A stretch of 55,314 bases of DNA, from the NCBI GenBank assembly GCA_016841065.1, contig JAENZW010000003.1:1-55314 (forward strand), given 5' to 3'. Source of the stretch: Actinomycetota bacterium (lineage in GTDB: Bacteria > Actinomycetota > Coriobacteriia > Anaerosomatales > JAENZW01). Shown piece after piece: positions 20,665-29,760 of the stretch (position 1 is the stretch's first letter; the number at the start of each line of letters is the position of its first letter). The notes below the pieces were generated by a model. It did no database searches. It was given only the letters and a program-made list of their open reading frames with translations, and was not told where the DNA came from. The position numbers and the translations under genes were made by a program.

Positions 20665-22002
20665 ATGGTCACGACTCCCTTCACGTATCACGTCCGCACC
20701 TTCGGATGTCAGATGAACAAGCACGATTCCGAACGCGTTGCCGGACTTCTGGAATCGAGCGGCCTTTCGCACGGTCCGGATATTGCCTCTGCGGATGTCG
20801 TGGTCTTCATGACGTGCTGCGTTCGAGAGAATGCCGACGGACGCGCCATGGGGCAGGTAGCCTCATTCAAGGCTCTCAAGGACGTGCGTCCACACACCAT
20901 CATCGCCGTCGGCGGATGCGTCTCACAGCGAGATGGCAGCTCACTGCTGCGAGAGCTCCCACATGTGGACATCGTGTTCGGGACGCACAATGTAGGTCGA
21001 TTGCCCGAGCTTCTCTCACGCGCAATGGCAGGGGAGAGAGGCGTCGTCGAGGTGCTTGACGGCACCAACGACTTCGCTAGCGACCTTCCGGGGGTCAGAG
21101 AGCATCCCTGGCACGCATGGGTGCCCATCACTGTGGGTTGCGACAATCACTGCACGTACTGCATCGTGCCCCGAGTCCGCGGCCCCGAGCGCAGTAGAAC
21201 CGTCGAATCAGTCATCGACGAGGTTACTCGATTGGTTGCCGATGGCGTCCGCGAGGTCACCCTCCTCGGCCAGAACGTCAACTCGTACGGCCGAGACTTG
21301 TACGGGCAGCCACGCTTCGCTGAGATTCTCAGCCGTGTCGCGGCGACAGGCGTGCCACGGATTCGGTTCGCGACCAGCCACCCCAAGGATCTGTCGGACG
21401 AGACAATCGCCGTGATGGCAAGCTCGCCGAGCATCTGCAAAGCGCTCCACCTGCCCGTTCAGTCCGGTTCCGACCGCGTTCTGCGCGCGATGAACCGCCA
21501 CTACACGCAGTCGACGTACCTGTCGCTCGTCGGCAGACTGTACGACGCCATCCCGAACCTCGCCCTGTCCACGGATATCATCGTCGGATTTCCCACGGAG
21601 TCCGAAGATGACTTCCAGGACACGCTTCGCGTGGTGCGCGAGGCCCACTACGACCAGGCGTTCACGTTCATCTACTCACCACGCGAAGGCACTCCCGCAG
21701 CGGCGATGGAGGGTCACGTCGACCGAGAGGTCATTCAGGACCGTTTCGATCGTCTTGTCGCAGAGATCCACTCGGGTGCCACAGAGAACAACGCCAAACT
21801 CCTCGGCACGACGCAGCGTGTCCTCGTGGAAGGCGCATCGCGCAGAGACGAGAACGTCCTTGCCGGTCGCAACGAGGGCAACAAGGTCATCCACGCTCCC
21901 ATTCCCATTGGCCGCCGGGCCGAAGAGCTCGCCGGTACCTTCGTGGACGTCGAGATCACCGAGACACACACGTGGTTCCTCGCTGGCACGATCATCGGCT
22001 GA
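20665..22002 (+). CDS. miaB: tRNA-2-methylthio-N6-dimethylallyladenosine synthase
   Basis: TFGCQMNKHDSE, TCCVRE, GCDNHCTYCIVP, LLGQNVNSYG, HLPVQSGS, TRAM domain. Confidence 0.96.
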   Translation: MVTTPFTYHVRTFGCQMNKHDSERVAGLLESSGLSHGPDIASADVVVFMTCCVRENADGRAMGQVASFKALKDVRPHTIIAVGGCVSQRDGSSLLRELPHVDIVFGTHNVGRLPELLSRAMAGERGVVEVLDGTNDFASDLPGVREHPWHAWVPITVGCDNHCTYCIVPRVRGPERSRTVESVIDEVTRLVADGVREVTLLGQNVNSYGRDLYGQPRFAEILSRVAATGVPRIRFATSHPKDLSDETIAVMASSPSICKALHLPVQSGSDRVLRAMNRHYTQSTYLSLVGRLYDAIPNLALSTDIIVGFPTESEDDFQDTLRVVREAHYDQAFTFIYSPREGTPAAAMEGHVDREVIQDRFDRLVAEIHSGATENNAKLLGTTQRVLVEGASRRDENVLAGRNEGNKVIHAPIPIGRRAEELAGTFVDVEITETHTWFLAGTIIG

Positions 22003-22053
22003 GCCGTCTGCGGGGTATGTAGACTGGTGTGTGCCTGAATGGAGGGGAGTCCC

Positions 22054-23415
22054 GTGAAGGACGTATTCGGAATCATCGCACCCCACCCACCCATCATGGT
22101 CCCAGGCGTCGGAGGTCCTGACGCGGAGGTGACGGCGGCATCGACGCGCGCGATGGCCGAGGCGGCCGGGCTGCTGCGTCAATGGAATCCCGACACGATC
22201 GTCATCATGTCGCCGCACAGTCCTGCGCTTTCGGACGCTTTCGTGGTCGAAACCGCTCCCCACCTTGGGGGCTCTTTGTCGCACTTTCGCGACCCCGATA
22301 CCCGCCTGGACTGTGACGGTGATCCCGAGCTGGCCGAGCGTCTACTCCAACGGCTTGACGAGCGCGGTATCCCGGCGGTTGACCGTGTCGCGATGCCCGC
22401 ACTCTCGAGCGGCTCCCTTGACCACGGAGTTCTCGTCCCAATGAGCTTCCTGGACCCCGAGTGTAGATGGCGACTTCTCGTGCTCTCACTGTCCTTTCTG
22501 CCGTACGCTGACCATCGCGCCCTCGGCGAGGAGGTTGCAGCAGCCGCAGCGGATCTCGGACGCAAGATAGCCTTCGTCGCCAGCGGCGACTGCAGTCATC
22601 GCCTCAAGCACGAGGCACCAGGCGGCTACTCGCCTCGCGGCGAGGAGCTGGACTCCGAACTTGTCAGGTTGATCGGTTCTTCGGACTTCGACGGCCTATC
22701 CAACCTCGATCCGGATCTCATCGAGAAAGGCGGAGAGTGTGGACTGCGCTCCTTCATCACCCTTGGTGCCGTCGCCCAGCCGGCGCACGCGCGTCTTCTC
22801 TCCTACGAGGGACCATGGGGAGTCGGATACCTCACCGCCGTCGTCAACGAAGCCCTTGTCGGGTCGACGACACCGGCATCAGGTGACAAAGGGGGCGTTC
22901 CCGGCGCTCCGGAGCCCCCGATCGTCGCGCTCGCGCGCGAGGCCATTCAGCGCTACATCACACGCCACGAGACATTCGAACCCGAACCCTTTGCCGAAGA
23001 GGGACTTCCGGCACGTGCTGGTGCCTTCGTGAGCCTCCACCGCGGTCGCGAACTGCGCGGCTGCATAGGCACCATCGCTCCGACCCGCGACACGCTTGCC
23101 GACGAGATCGTCCACAACGCGATAGACGCCGCGATCCACGATCCACGCTTTCCAGAGCTCACCGCGGTCGAACTTGGCGATCTCGACATCAAAGTGGACG
23201 TGCTCCACGCCCCAGAGGAGTGCATCCTCGACGACCTCGATCCCGCGGTCTTCGGCGTAATCGTGTCATCAGGTTGGCGACGCGGACTCCTTCTGCCGGA
23301 TCTCGAGGGTGTTGACACGGCGCAACAGCAAGTGTCCATCGCACGTCGGAAGGCGGGAATCAGCCCGGAAGAGGGCGTCTCGCTCGAGAGATTCCGTGTG
23401 GACCGGTATGCCTGA
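22054..23415 (+). CDS. amrA: AmmeMemoRadiSAM system protein A (LigB/MEMO-like + AMMECR1 fusion)
   Basis: N-terminal APHPP, SPH, DHG, ASGDCSH, GECGLRS, YEGPWGVGY; C-terminal AMMECR1 motifs LRGCIG, DPRF, GLLLPDLEGV. GTG start 22054 after GGAGG. Confidence 0.87.
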   Translation: MKDVFGIIAPHPPIMVPGVGGPDAEVTAASTRAMAEAAGLLRQWNPDTIVIMSPHSPALSDAFVVETAPHLGGSLSHFRDPDTRLDCDGDPELAERLLQRLDERGIPAVDRVAMPALSSGSLDHGVLVPMSFLDPECRWRLLVLSLSFLPYADHRALGEEVAAAAADLGRKIAFVASGDCSHRLKHEAPGGYSPRGEELDSELVRLIGSSDFDGLSNLDPDLIEKGGECGLRSFITLGAVAQPAHARLLSYEGPWGVGYLTAVVNEALVGSTTPASGDKGGVPGAPEPPIVALAREAIQRYITRHETFEPEPFAEEGLPARAGAFVSLHRGRELRGCIGTIAPTRDTLADEIVHNAIDAAIHDPRFPELTAVELGDLDIKVDVLHAPEECILDDLDPAVFGVIVSSGWRRGLLLPDLEGVDTAQQQVSIARRKAGISPEEGVSLERFRVDRYA

Positions 23416-24400
23416 GCCCGGCTCGTCCAAGCATCAGGTGGTCGCGGTGGTCGGACCGACGGCAACCGGAAAGACCCTTCTTGCCGAAAGCCTCGCTCTC
23501 GACCTAGGCGGCGAAGTCGTCACTGCAGACTCCGCGCAAGTGTATCGGGGCATGGATATCGGCACCTCCAAGCCTCCCGAGGCCGAGCGACGCGTCGTCC
23601 ATCACTGCATCGATCTCGTTGAGCCGGGAACGCCATACTCGGCTGCACTGTTCCAGCGCCACTCGCGTGAGGTGATTGACCGACTTCTCGGCAAGGGCAT
23701 TCTTCCGGTTGTCGCAGGGGGCACCGGCTTGTACGTGCGCGCTGCGCTCGATGAGATGGAGTTTCCCTCCGGGGAAGTGTCTGGCGAGATTAGGGTTCGC
23801 CTCGAAGAGACCGCCAAACGCCTCGGGGCTGAAGCGATGCACGATCGTCTAGCGGAAATCGATCCTGAGGCCGCAGTCCTGATCCATCCCCGGAACGTCC
23901 GACGCACCATCCGGGCCCTCGAGATGGCCGAGAAAGGGGCTAGCTACGCGGGGCAGGCCGCCCGCTTCGCCGAGCGGAGAGCGGTGTATGACGCCGCCCA
24001 TATCGGACTCGCAATGCAGCGCGCTGTCCTATACGCGCGCATCGACGCACGGGTCGACGCCATGCTGGAGGCGGGACTGCTTGAGGAGGTCGAATCGCTC
24101 CTCGAATTGGGATTCCACGACGCACTCACTGCGTCGCAAGCCATCGGCTACAAGGAGTTCGTTCCGGTGATCACCTCTGGCACCGACCTCACCGAAGCCA
24201 TCGACGCCGTGAAGCGCGCAACGAGACGCTACGCGAAACGCCAGCTGTCGTGGTTCAAGGCGGACCCACGCATACGCTGGATCGATGTAACCGACCTGTC
24301 ACCGGCACGGGCCCTGGAAAGAGCTCGCGAGCTGCTATCATCGGACCAACCTAGCCCGTATCCATGCGACGGAGTCGCCGAAGCGGAGGTCTCGCCCTGA
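23408..24400 (+). CDS. miaA: tRNA dimethylallyltransferase
   Basis: GPTATGKT, DSAQVYRGMDIGTSKP, GGTGLY, QAIGYKE, TRRYAKRQLSWF; ATG 23408. Confidence 0.96.
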   Translation: MPEPGSSKHQVVAVVGPTATGKTLLAESLALDLGGEVVTADSAQVYRGMDIGTSKPPEAERRVVHHCIDLVEPGTPYSAALFQRHSREVIDRLLGKGILPVVAGGTGLYVRAALDEMEFPSGEVSGEIRVRLEETAKRLGAEAMHDRLAEIDPEAAVLIHPRNVRRTIRALEMAEKGASYAGQAARFAERRAVYDAAHIGLAMQRAVLYARIDARVDAMLEAGLLEEVESLLELGFHDALTASQAIGYKEFVPVITSGTDLTEAIDAVKRATRRYAKRQLSWFKADPRIRWIDVTDLSPARALERARELLSSDQPSPYPCDGVAEAEVSP

Positions 24401-24436
24401 CGCACGGGTGAGCCGGAGATTGAACCGGAGAGTGCC

Positions 24437-25309
24437 ATGGACGTCGCGTTCGCCAAGATGCACGGGCTCGGCAACGATTTCGTCGTCATCGACGACCCAG
24501 CCGAGCAGCTCGATCTCACCGAGGACGCCGTTCGCTGGATCTGCGACCGTCGCTTCGGCATCGGTGGCGATGGGCTCATCCTCGTGCGACCCGCGACGAC
24601 TGATGCGGCCGACTACTACATGCTCTTCTTCAACGCCGATGGCTCGAAGGCCGAGATGTGTGGCAACGGCATCCGTTGCATGACGAAGTACCTCGTCGAC
24701 GCCAGGATCCTCTCCGAAGACGCCGATTCTGTCCGCATCCAGACCCTCGGCGGCATCAAGCCGATCACTTTCACCCGTGACGACCAGGCGCTCATGCATA
24801 TGGCCACGGTGGATATGGGCGAGCCGATCCTCGACCCTCCGGCGATTCCGACGACCTTTCCGGGCTCTCAGGTGTTCGAGTGTCCGCTCGAAACACCCCT
24901 CGGGACGTATCACGTCACGGCCCTTTCGATGGGGAACCCGCACGCGGTCATCTTCGTCGAGAACGTGGGCGAAGCTCCCGTGGACACCGTAGGACCCGCG
25001 ATCGAAACCCACGAAGCGTTTCCAAACAAGACGAACGTCGAGTTCGCCGAGTACGTCGGAGACGAGCTCATCCGTCTGCGCGTCTGGGAGCGGGGAGTGG
25101 GGGAGACGCTCGCCTGCGGGACCGGCGCGTGTGCGACCCTCGTCGCAGCCTCACTCGCGTGTCTTGTCGGCAGGACCGCCACTCTCGAGCTTCCCGGAGG
25201 CGAGCTGCATGTTCGCTGGGACGAAGACGGTCACGTCTACATGACCGGACCCGCTACGACCGTGTTCCAAGGCACACTCGTGATTCCTGATGACGGAGAC
25301 CTGTCGTAG
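24437..25309 (+). CDS. dapF: Diaminopimelate epimerase
   Basis: KMHGLGNDF, NADGSKAEMCGNG, MGNPH, ERGVGETLACGTGACA. Confidence 0.97.
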   Translation: MDVAFAKMHGLGNDFVVIDDPAEQLDLTEDAVRWICDRRFGIGGDGLILVRPATTDAADYYMLFFNADGSKAEMCGNGIRCMTKYLVDARILSEDADSVRIQTLGGIKPITFTRDDQALMHMATVDMGEPILDPPAIPTTFPGSQVFECPLETPLGTYHVTALSMGNPHAVIFVENVGEAPVDTVGPAIETHEAFPNKTNVEFAEYVGDELIRLRVWERGVGETLACGTGACATLVAASLACLVGRTATLELPGGELHVRWDEDGHVYMTGPATTVFQGTLVIPDDGDLS

Positions 25310-25442
25310 CTACACACATGCACAATCGTGTGTGCGCTCCTGCAACGCGTCTTCGACCGTCTGCTACCATGTTCCGAACGAACTGCACACTCGTGCGTCT
25401 TGACCGCCTGCCCGAAGGCCTGAAGAAGGGGATGTTCGCACC

Positions 25443-26600
25443 GTGAGAACCGCGAATCGCATGGCCAATCTGCCGCCGTACCTGTTCGCCGAGATCGACC
25501 GCAAGAAGGAGGCGAAGGTCGCGCAGGGCATCGACGTGATCTCTCTTGGAATCGGCGATCCCGACATGCCCACGCCGAACAACGTCATCGACGCCATGGC
25601 ACAGGCCATCCGCAACCCCGCGAATCACCGGTATCCGAGCTACTCGGGCGCGAAGCGCTACCGCGATGCATGCGCACAGTGGATGCGGAACCGATTTGAC
25701 GTCGATCTCGATGCGAACACCGAGGTTCTGGCGCTCATCGGCAGCAAGGAGGGCATCGCGCACCTCTTCCCGGCCTTCGTTGACCAGGGAGAGTACACTC
25801 TCGTGCCGGGCTGTGGCTATCCGGTGTACCACACCGGCGGCATCCTCGTCGGAGGGCTATCACACTTCATGCCGATGACGGAGGAGAACGACTTTCTCGC
25901 GGACTTCGAATCCACCCCCGCAGATGTCCTCGCCAAGGCCAAGATGATGTTCATCTCGTATCCGAACAACCCGACATCAGCTATCGCCACGGACGAGTAC
26001 TTCGATCGGGCAATCGCCTTTGCCCGCGAGCATGACCTTCTGCTCATCCACGACAACGCGTACTCCGAGATCGGCTTCGACGGATATCGCCCGCCCAGCA
26101 TCATGCAGCGGCCCGGCGCGCGTGACGTCGCGATCGAACTGTTCTCGTGCTCCAAGGCATACAACATGACCGGCTGGCGTGTCGCATTCGCCTGCGGCAA
26201 CTCGGAGGCCATTAAGGCGCTCGGCACCGTCAAGTCCAACATCGACTCGGGCATCTTCACCGCCGTGCAGGACGCCGCCATCGAGGCAATGCTCGGTCCG
26301 CAGGACATCGTTAACACGATGTCCGACCTCTACCAGCGACGTCGCGATCTAGTCGTCGACGCCCTCGCGGGTATCGGCATCATCGCACGCAAGCCCAAGG
26401 GGACCATCTACGTCTGGGCGCGGGTGCCGGAGGGCTACGACTCCGCCGGTTTCGCGACCAAGCTCCTCGATGAGGCCAACGTGATCGTGGCGGCGGGCAC
26501 CGCATACGGCCCGAGTGGCGAGGGCTACATCCGCATCTCACTTGCAACGCCCGATGACCGCATCTCCGAGGCAATCGAGCGCATCAAGAACACCCTCTAG
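25443..26600 (+). CDS. dapL: LL-diaminopimelate aminotransferase (class I/II PLP enzyme)
   Basis: LPPYLFAEID, LGIGDPD, LIGSKEG, YPNNPT, DNAY, SCSKAYNMTGWR; adjacent to dapF. Confidence 0.8.
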   Translation: MRTANRMANLPPYLFAEIDRKKEAKVAQGIDVISLGIGDPDMPTPNNVIDAMAQAIRNPANHRYPSYSGAKRYRDACAQWMRNRFDVDLDANTEVLALIGSKEGIAHLFPAFVDQGEYTLVPGCGYPVYHTGGILVGGLSHFMPMTEENDFLADFESTPADVLAKAKMMFISYPNNPTSAIATDEYFDRAIAFAREHDLLLIHDNAYSEIGFDGYRPPSIMQRPGARDVAIELFSCSKAYNMTGWRVAFACGNSEAIKALGTVKSNIDSGIFTAVQDAAIEAMLGPQDIVNTMSDLYQRRRDLVVDALAGIGIIARKPKGTIYVWARVPEGYDSAGFATKLLDEANVIVAAGTAYGPSGEGYIRISLATPDDRISEAIERIKNTL

Positions 26601-26616
26601 GGGAGGCGCACAGTAC

Positions 26617-27921
26617 TTGTCGGCGCGCAAACGCCAGTATCCCGAGACAGCCGATGACATCGACCAGCATCGCGAGCGCGCGGTGCTGGTGGGCATCGAC
26701 AACACTGACGCCGAATGGCCGATCGAAGAGTCGCTGGCCGAGCTCGAGCGCTTGGCGGACACTGCCGGCGCGACAGTGACAGGCAGCGTCACTCAGAAGA
26801 TGGACCGGCCGAATCCCCGGACCTTCATCGGCAAGGGCAAGGCAGAAGAGATCGCAACCCTCGCGCAAGCGACCAAGGCTACCGAGGTCATCTTCGATGA
26901 CGAGCTTACTCCCAGTCAGCAGGTCAATCTCGAGGGTCTGATGCCCGACGTGAGCGTACTCGACCGTACGCAGCTCATTCTCGACATCTTCGGCATGCAC
27001 GCGACAAGCCGTGAGGGCAAGCTCCAGGTCGAGCTTGCGCAACTCGAGTACCTGCTGCCTCGGCTGCGGGGCATGTGGGGACACCTCGAGCGCGAGCGAC
27101 TCGGCGGCGGTAGGGGAACGCGGTTCGGCGCAGGAGAGTCCCAGCTCGAAACCGACCGCCGAATGGCGCGCAAACGCGTCAGCGAGGTGAAACGCGAGCT
27201 CAAGCAGGTTTCCAGTGAGCGGCAACTCCAGCGCAAGGGGAGAGCCCGCTCTGGCGTCCTGCGAGTCTCGCTCGTCGGATACACCAACGCGGGTAAGTCG
27301 ACGCTGCTCAACGCGCTCACCGGCGCCGATGTCCTCGCGTACGACATGCTGTTCGCGACTCTCGACTCCACGACCCGGAAGCTCGAGCTCCCAGAGGGAC
27401 GGGAGATCACACTCACGGATACGGTGGGCTTCATCCACAAGCTACCTCACGGTCTAGTCGAGGCTTTCAAGTCAACCCTCGATGAGGTCGGTGAGGCTGA
27501 CCTGCTGCTTCACGTCACGGACGCTTCTGCACCACAGCGCGAGGCCCAGATGCAGGCCGTGCGGGAGGTGCTCGAGGAGATCGGCGCCCACAAGACACCG
27601 GGTGTCGTGGTCTTCAACAAGATCGACTCTGTTTCCGCCGACGACCGGGCCGTGCTCCTTCGGCGCTATCCAGGAGCGGTCTGTGTCTCGGCGTTGACCG
27701 GTGAGGGCATCAACACACTCTTGACCCGGATTGCCGAGGAAGGATCTCGCGACAGCATGACTCTTACGCTCCTCGTGCCATACACTCGCGGCGACATCGT
27801 GAGGCTCGCTCACGAGCGCGCCCGCATCATCACCGAGAGCCACTCCGCTGAGGGCACTGAGCTCGTCATTCTTGTGCCGGAGGCGCTCGAGTCGATCTTC
27901 GCCGAATACCGACGGGGCTAA
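26617..27921 (+). CDS. hflX: Ribosome-splitting GTPase HflX
   Basis: GKLQVELAQL, GYTNAGKST, LFATLD, DTVGF, NKID; TTG start after GGGGAGG. Confidence 0.96.
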   Translation: MSARKRQYPETADDIDQHRERAVLVGIDNTDAEWPIEESLAELERLADTAGATVTGSVTQKMDRPNPRTFIGKGKAEEIATLAQATKATEVIFDDELTPSQQVNLEGLMPDVSVLDRTQLILDIFGMHATSREGKLQVELAQLEYLLPRLRGMWGHLERERLGGGRGTRFGAGESQLETDRRMARKRVSEVKRELKQVSSERQLQRKGRARSGVLRVSLVGYTNAGKSTLLNALTGADVLAYDMLFATLDSTTRKLELPEGREITLTDTVGFIHKLPHGLVEAFKSTLDEVGEADLLLHVTDASAPQREAQMQAVREVLEEIGAHKTPGVVVFNKIDSVSADDRAVLLRRYPGAVCVSALTGEGINTLLTRIAEEGSRDSMTLTLLVPYTRGDIVRLAHERARIITESHSAEGTELVILVPEALESIFAEYRRG

Positions 27922-27935
27922 GGGATCAGCTCGGC

Positions 27936-28559
27936 CTAGATGCGACGAAAGAGCGCAACAACCTTCCCAAGAATGGACACGTCGCGAGCGTAGATCGGCT
28001 CCATGGTGCTGTTCTCCGGTTGCAGGCGCACCCTATCAGCCTCCCGGAAGAACCGCTTCACTGTCGCGTCCTCTTCAAGGAGAGCGACCACTATGTCGCC
28101 ATCAGTTGCGGTGTTCTGTTGGCGAACGACAACGAAATCGCCGTCCAGAATGCCGGCTTCGATCATCGAGTCACCACGCACTCGCAGTATGAAGGTCGAT
28201 TCGTCCGCCATCTCAACAGGTAGAGACATCGTCGATTCGATGTTTTCGGCGGCGAGCAGCGGCTGCCCGGCAGCAACCTGACCGACGAGCGGCACAGCCC
28301 GCACCTGTCCATAGTCGATAGCGCGTTCGGTGTCCCGGAAGTCAAGAACCTCGAGCGCACGTGGCTTCGATGGATCTCGACGGACGAAACCCTTGGTCTC
28401 CAGCGCAGCAAGGTGGGCGTGCACGGTCGAAGATGAAGACAGACCGACCGCCTCACCGATCTCTCGAACGGAGGGTGGGAAGCCCCGCCTATGGATTTCG
28501 GCGCGGATGAACTCTAGGATCTGACGCTGCCGGTCGGTGAGCTCGCGTTCGTAAGCCAT
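27936..28559 (-). CDS. lexA: SOS repressor LexA
   Basis: LTDRQ...[17 protein letters not shown] cleavage site, GDSM catalytic Ser, ATVK catalytic Lys; start ATG at 28559. Confidence 0.97.
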   Translation of the reverse strand: MAYERELTDRQRQILEFIRAEIHRRGFPPSVREIGEAVGLSSSSTVHAHLAALETKGFVRRDPSKPRALEVLDFRDTERAIDYGQVRAVPLVGQVAAGQPLLAAENIESTMSLPVEMADESTFILRVRGDSMIEAGILDGDFVVVRQQNTATDGDIVVALLEEDATVKRFFREADRVRLQPENSTMEPIYARDVSILGKVVALFRRI

Positions 28560-28575
28560 CAAGACCCCCTGAACC

Positions 28576-28713
28576 CGAAAGTATGTTCGTGGCAAGTGTA
28601 CGGTAGCAGCGCCACGCATGCAAACAGGCGTTCGCCTACTGACCGCCTGTAGTGCAGGAAAAGGTTGCATACGAACACCTGTTCGCTATACAATGTGTGC
28701 GAACACGTGTTCG
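28576..28713. promoter_or_regulatory. Divergent lexA/LysM promoter region with four SOS boxes
   Basis: CGAAAGTATGTTCG (28576-89), CAAACAGGCGTTCG (28621-34), CGAACACCTGTTCG (28672-85), CGAACACGTGTTCG (28700-13); + strand TTGCAT (28665)-18 bp-TACAAT (28689). Confidence 0.9.
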
Positions 28714-28770
28714 TGTCAGACCCACGAAGTAGGGTGTGCGGGCAGCACCGATCTCTGGCAGGAGGGAACC

Positions 28771-29130
28771 ATGCACACCGAAAGCTCACTTCACGACAAC
28801 AGACGTACACGCTCCGCAGTGCAGACGAGAGGGCTCACCGCCACTGAAGCCGTCCTCATCGCGATCCTGATGGTCGCTCTCGCAGTCACACTTGCCGCGG
28901 CGCTCAGGACTCCGACAGCAAACCTCGACACCCCGACCATCACGATTCGAGTAGAGAACGCCGACACCCTCTGGAACATCGCGAGCCGTCACTCTATCCC
29001 TGGACGTGGCACCGCCGAGACCGTTGACCTCATCACGGACCTGAATGGGCTTTCGTCCTCGTCGCTGAGCGCCGGGCAGACGCTACTCGTACCAGCCGTT
29101 CGTCCCGTGGGAGAGGTTGCGCAGCGCTAG
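28771..29130 (+). CDS. SOS-induced TM-LysM cell division inhibitor (YneA/ChiZ/DivS-like)
   Basis: One TM segment then a LysM domain (VENADTLWNIA...NGL...LSAGQTLLVP); divergent from lexA, upstream of nrdR, SOS boxes in its promoter. Confidence 0.82.
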   Translation: MHTESSLHDNRRTRSAVQTRGLTATEAVLIAILMVALAVTLAAALRTPTANLDTPTITIRVENADTLWNIASRHSIPGRGTAETVDLITDLNGLSSSSLSAGQTLLVPAVRPVGEVAQR

Positions 29131-29189
29131 CCTCGAATCGCCTTCCTGAGGCGGTTCCCAAGGGACGGTGATTTGGGGCAAAATCCGCG

Positions 29190-29241
29190 TTTACACCCTA
29201 TATCTTGTGTGCTAGGCTGCGAAAAGGCCAACATATAGGGG
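29190..29241 (+). promoter_or_regulatory. nrdR operon promoter with tandem NrdR boxes
   Basis: ACCCTATATCTTGTGT (29195-210) and GGCCAACATATAGGGG (29226-41), 31 bp apart, matching acaCwAtATaTwGtgt; TTTACA (29190)-17 bp-TAGGCT (29213). Confidence 0.85.
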
Positions 29242-29252
29242 TGGGGAGTGCC

Positions 29253-29699
29253 ATGCGCTGTCCGTTTTGCGGCAACGCCGAGACCAAAGTGGTTGACTCA
29301 CGAGTTACCGAGGGTCAGGACGCCATCAGAAGGCGTCGCGAGTGTCTCGCGTGTCAGCAGCGTTTCACCACCTACGAACGGCGCGAAGAGATGCCTCTCA
29401 TGATTCTCAAACGAGACGGCTCCACGGAACCGTTCGATCGCGGCAAACTGCTACGCGGCCTCGTCGTGGCCACCGCGAAGCGCAACGTGCCGATTGAGCG
29501 CCTCGAGACGCTCATCGGCGAGATCGAGTCTGAACTCCACAATTCATTCAACTACGAGATCGAGTCCAAGCAACTCGGTGACGTGGTTCTTCGGCGATTG
29601 AAGGACCTCGACAAGGTCGCCTACATCCGTTTCGCATCCGTCTACAAGTCCTTCCAGGATCTCGACGAGTTCACATCCGAGCTCAAAGACCTGCAATAG
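29253..29699 (+). CDS. nrdR: Transcriptional repressor NrdR
   Basis: MRCPFC...KVVDSR...IRRRRECLAC..RFTTYE zinc ribbon, ATP cone, VAYIRFASVY. Confidence 0.98.
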   Translation: MRCPFCGNAETKVVDSRVTEGQDAIRRRRECLACQQRFTTYERREEMPLMILKRDGSTEPFDRGKLLRGLVVATAKRNVPIERLETLIGEIESELHNSFNYEIESKQLGDVVLRRLKDLDKVAYIRFASVYKSFQDLDEFTSELKDLQ

Positions 29700-29760
29700 A
29701 GGATCGCCGGTGGGCGGAGTTTGCTCTGTCCACCATGAGTGTTGGGAGCAGGAGATGGTG

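Noticed and set aside
25310-25442. Possible lysine riboswitch or T-box before dapL
   Set aside because: Only ~130 bp, with a small hairpin and a TG-TACCAT promoter-like element; no lysine riboswitch or T-box consensus visible.
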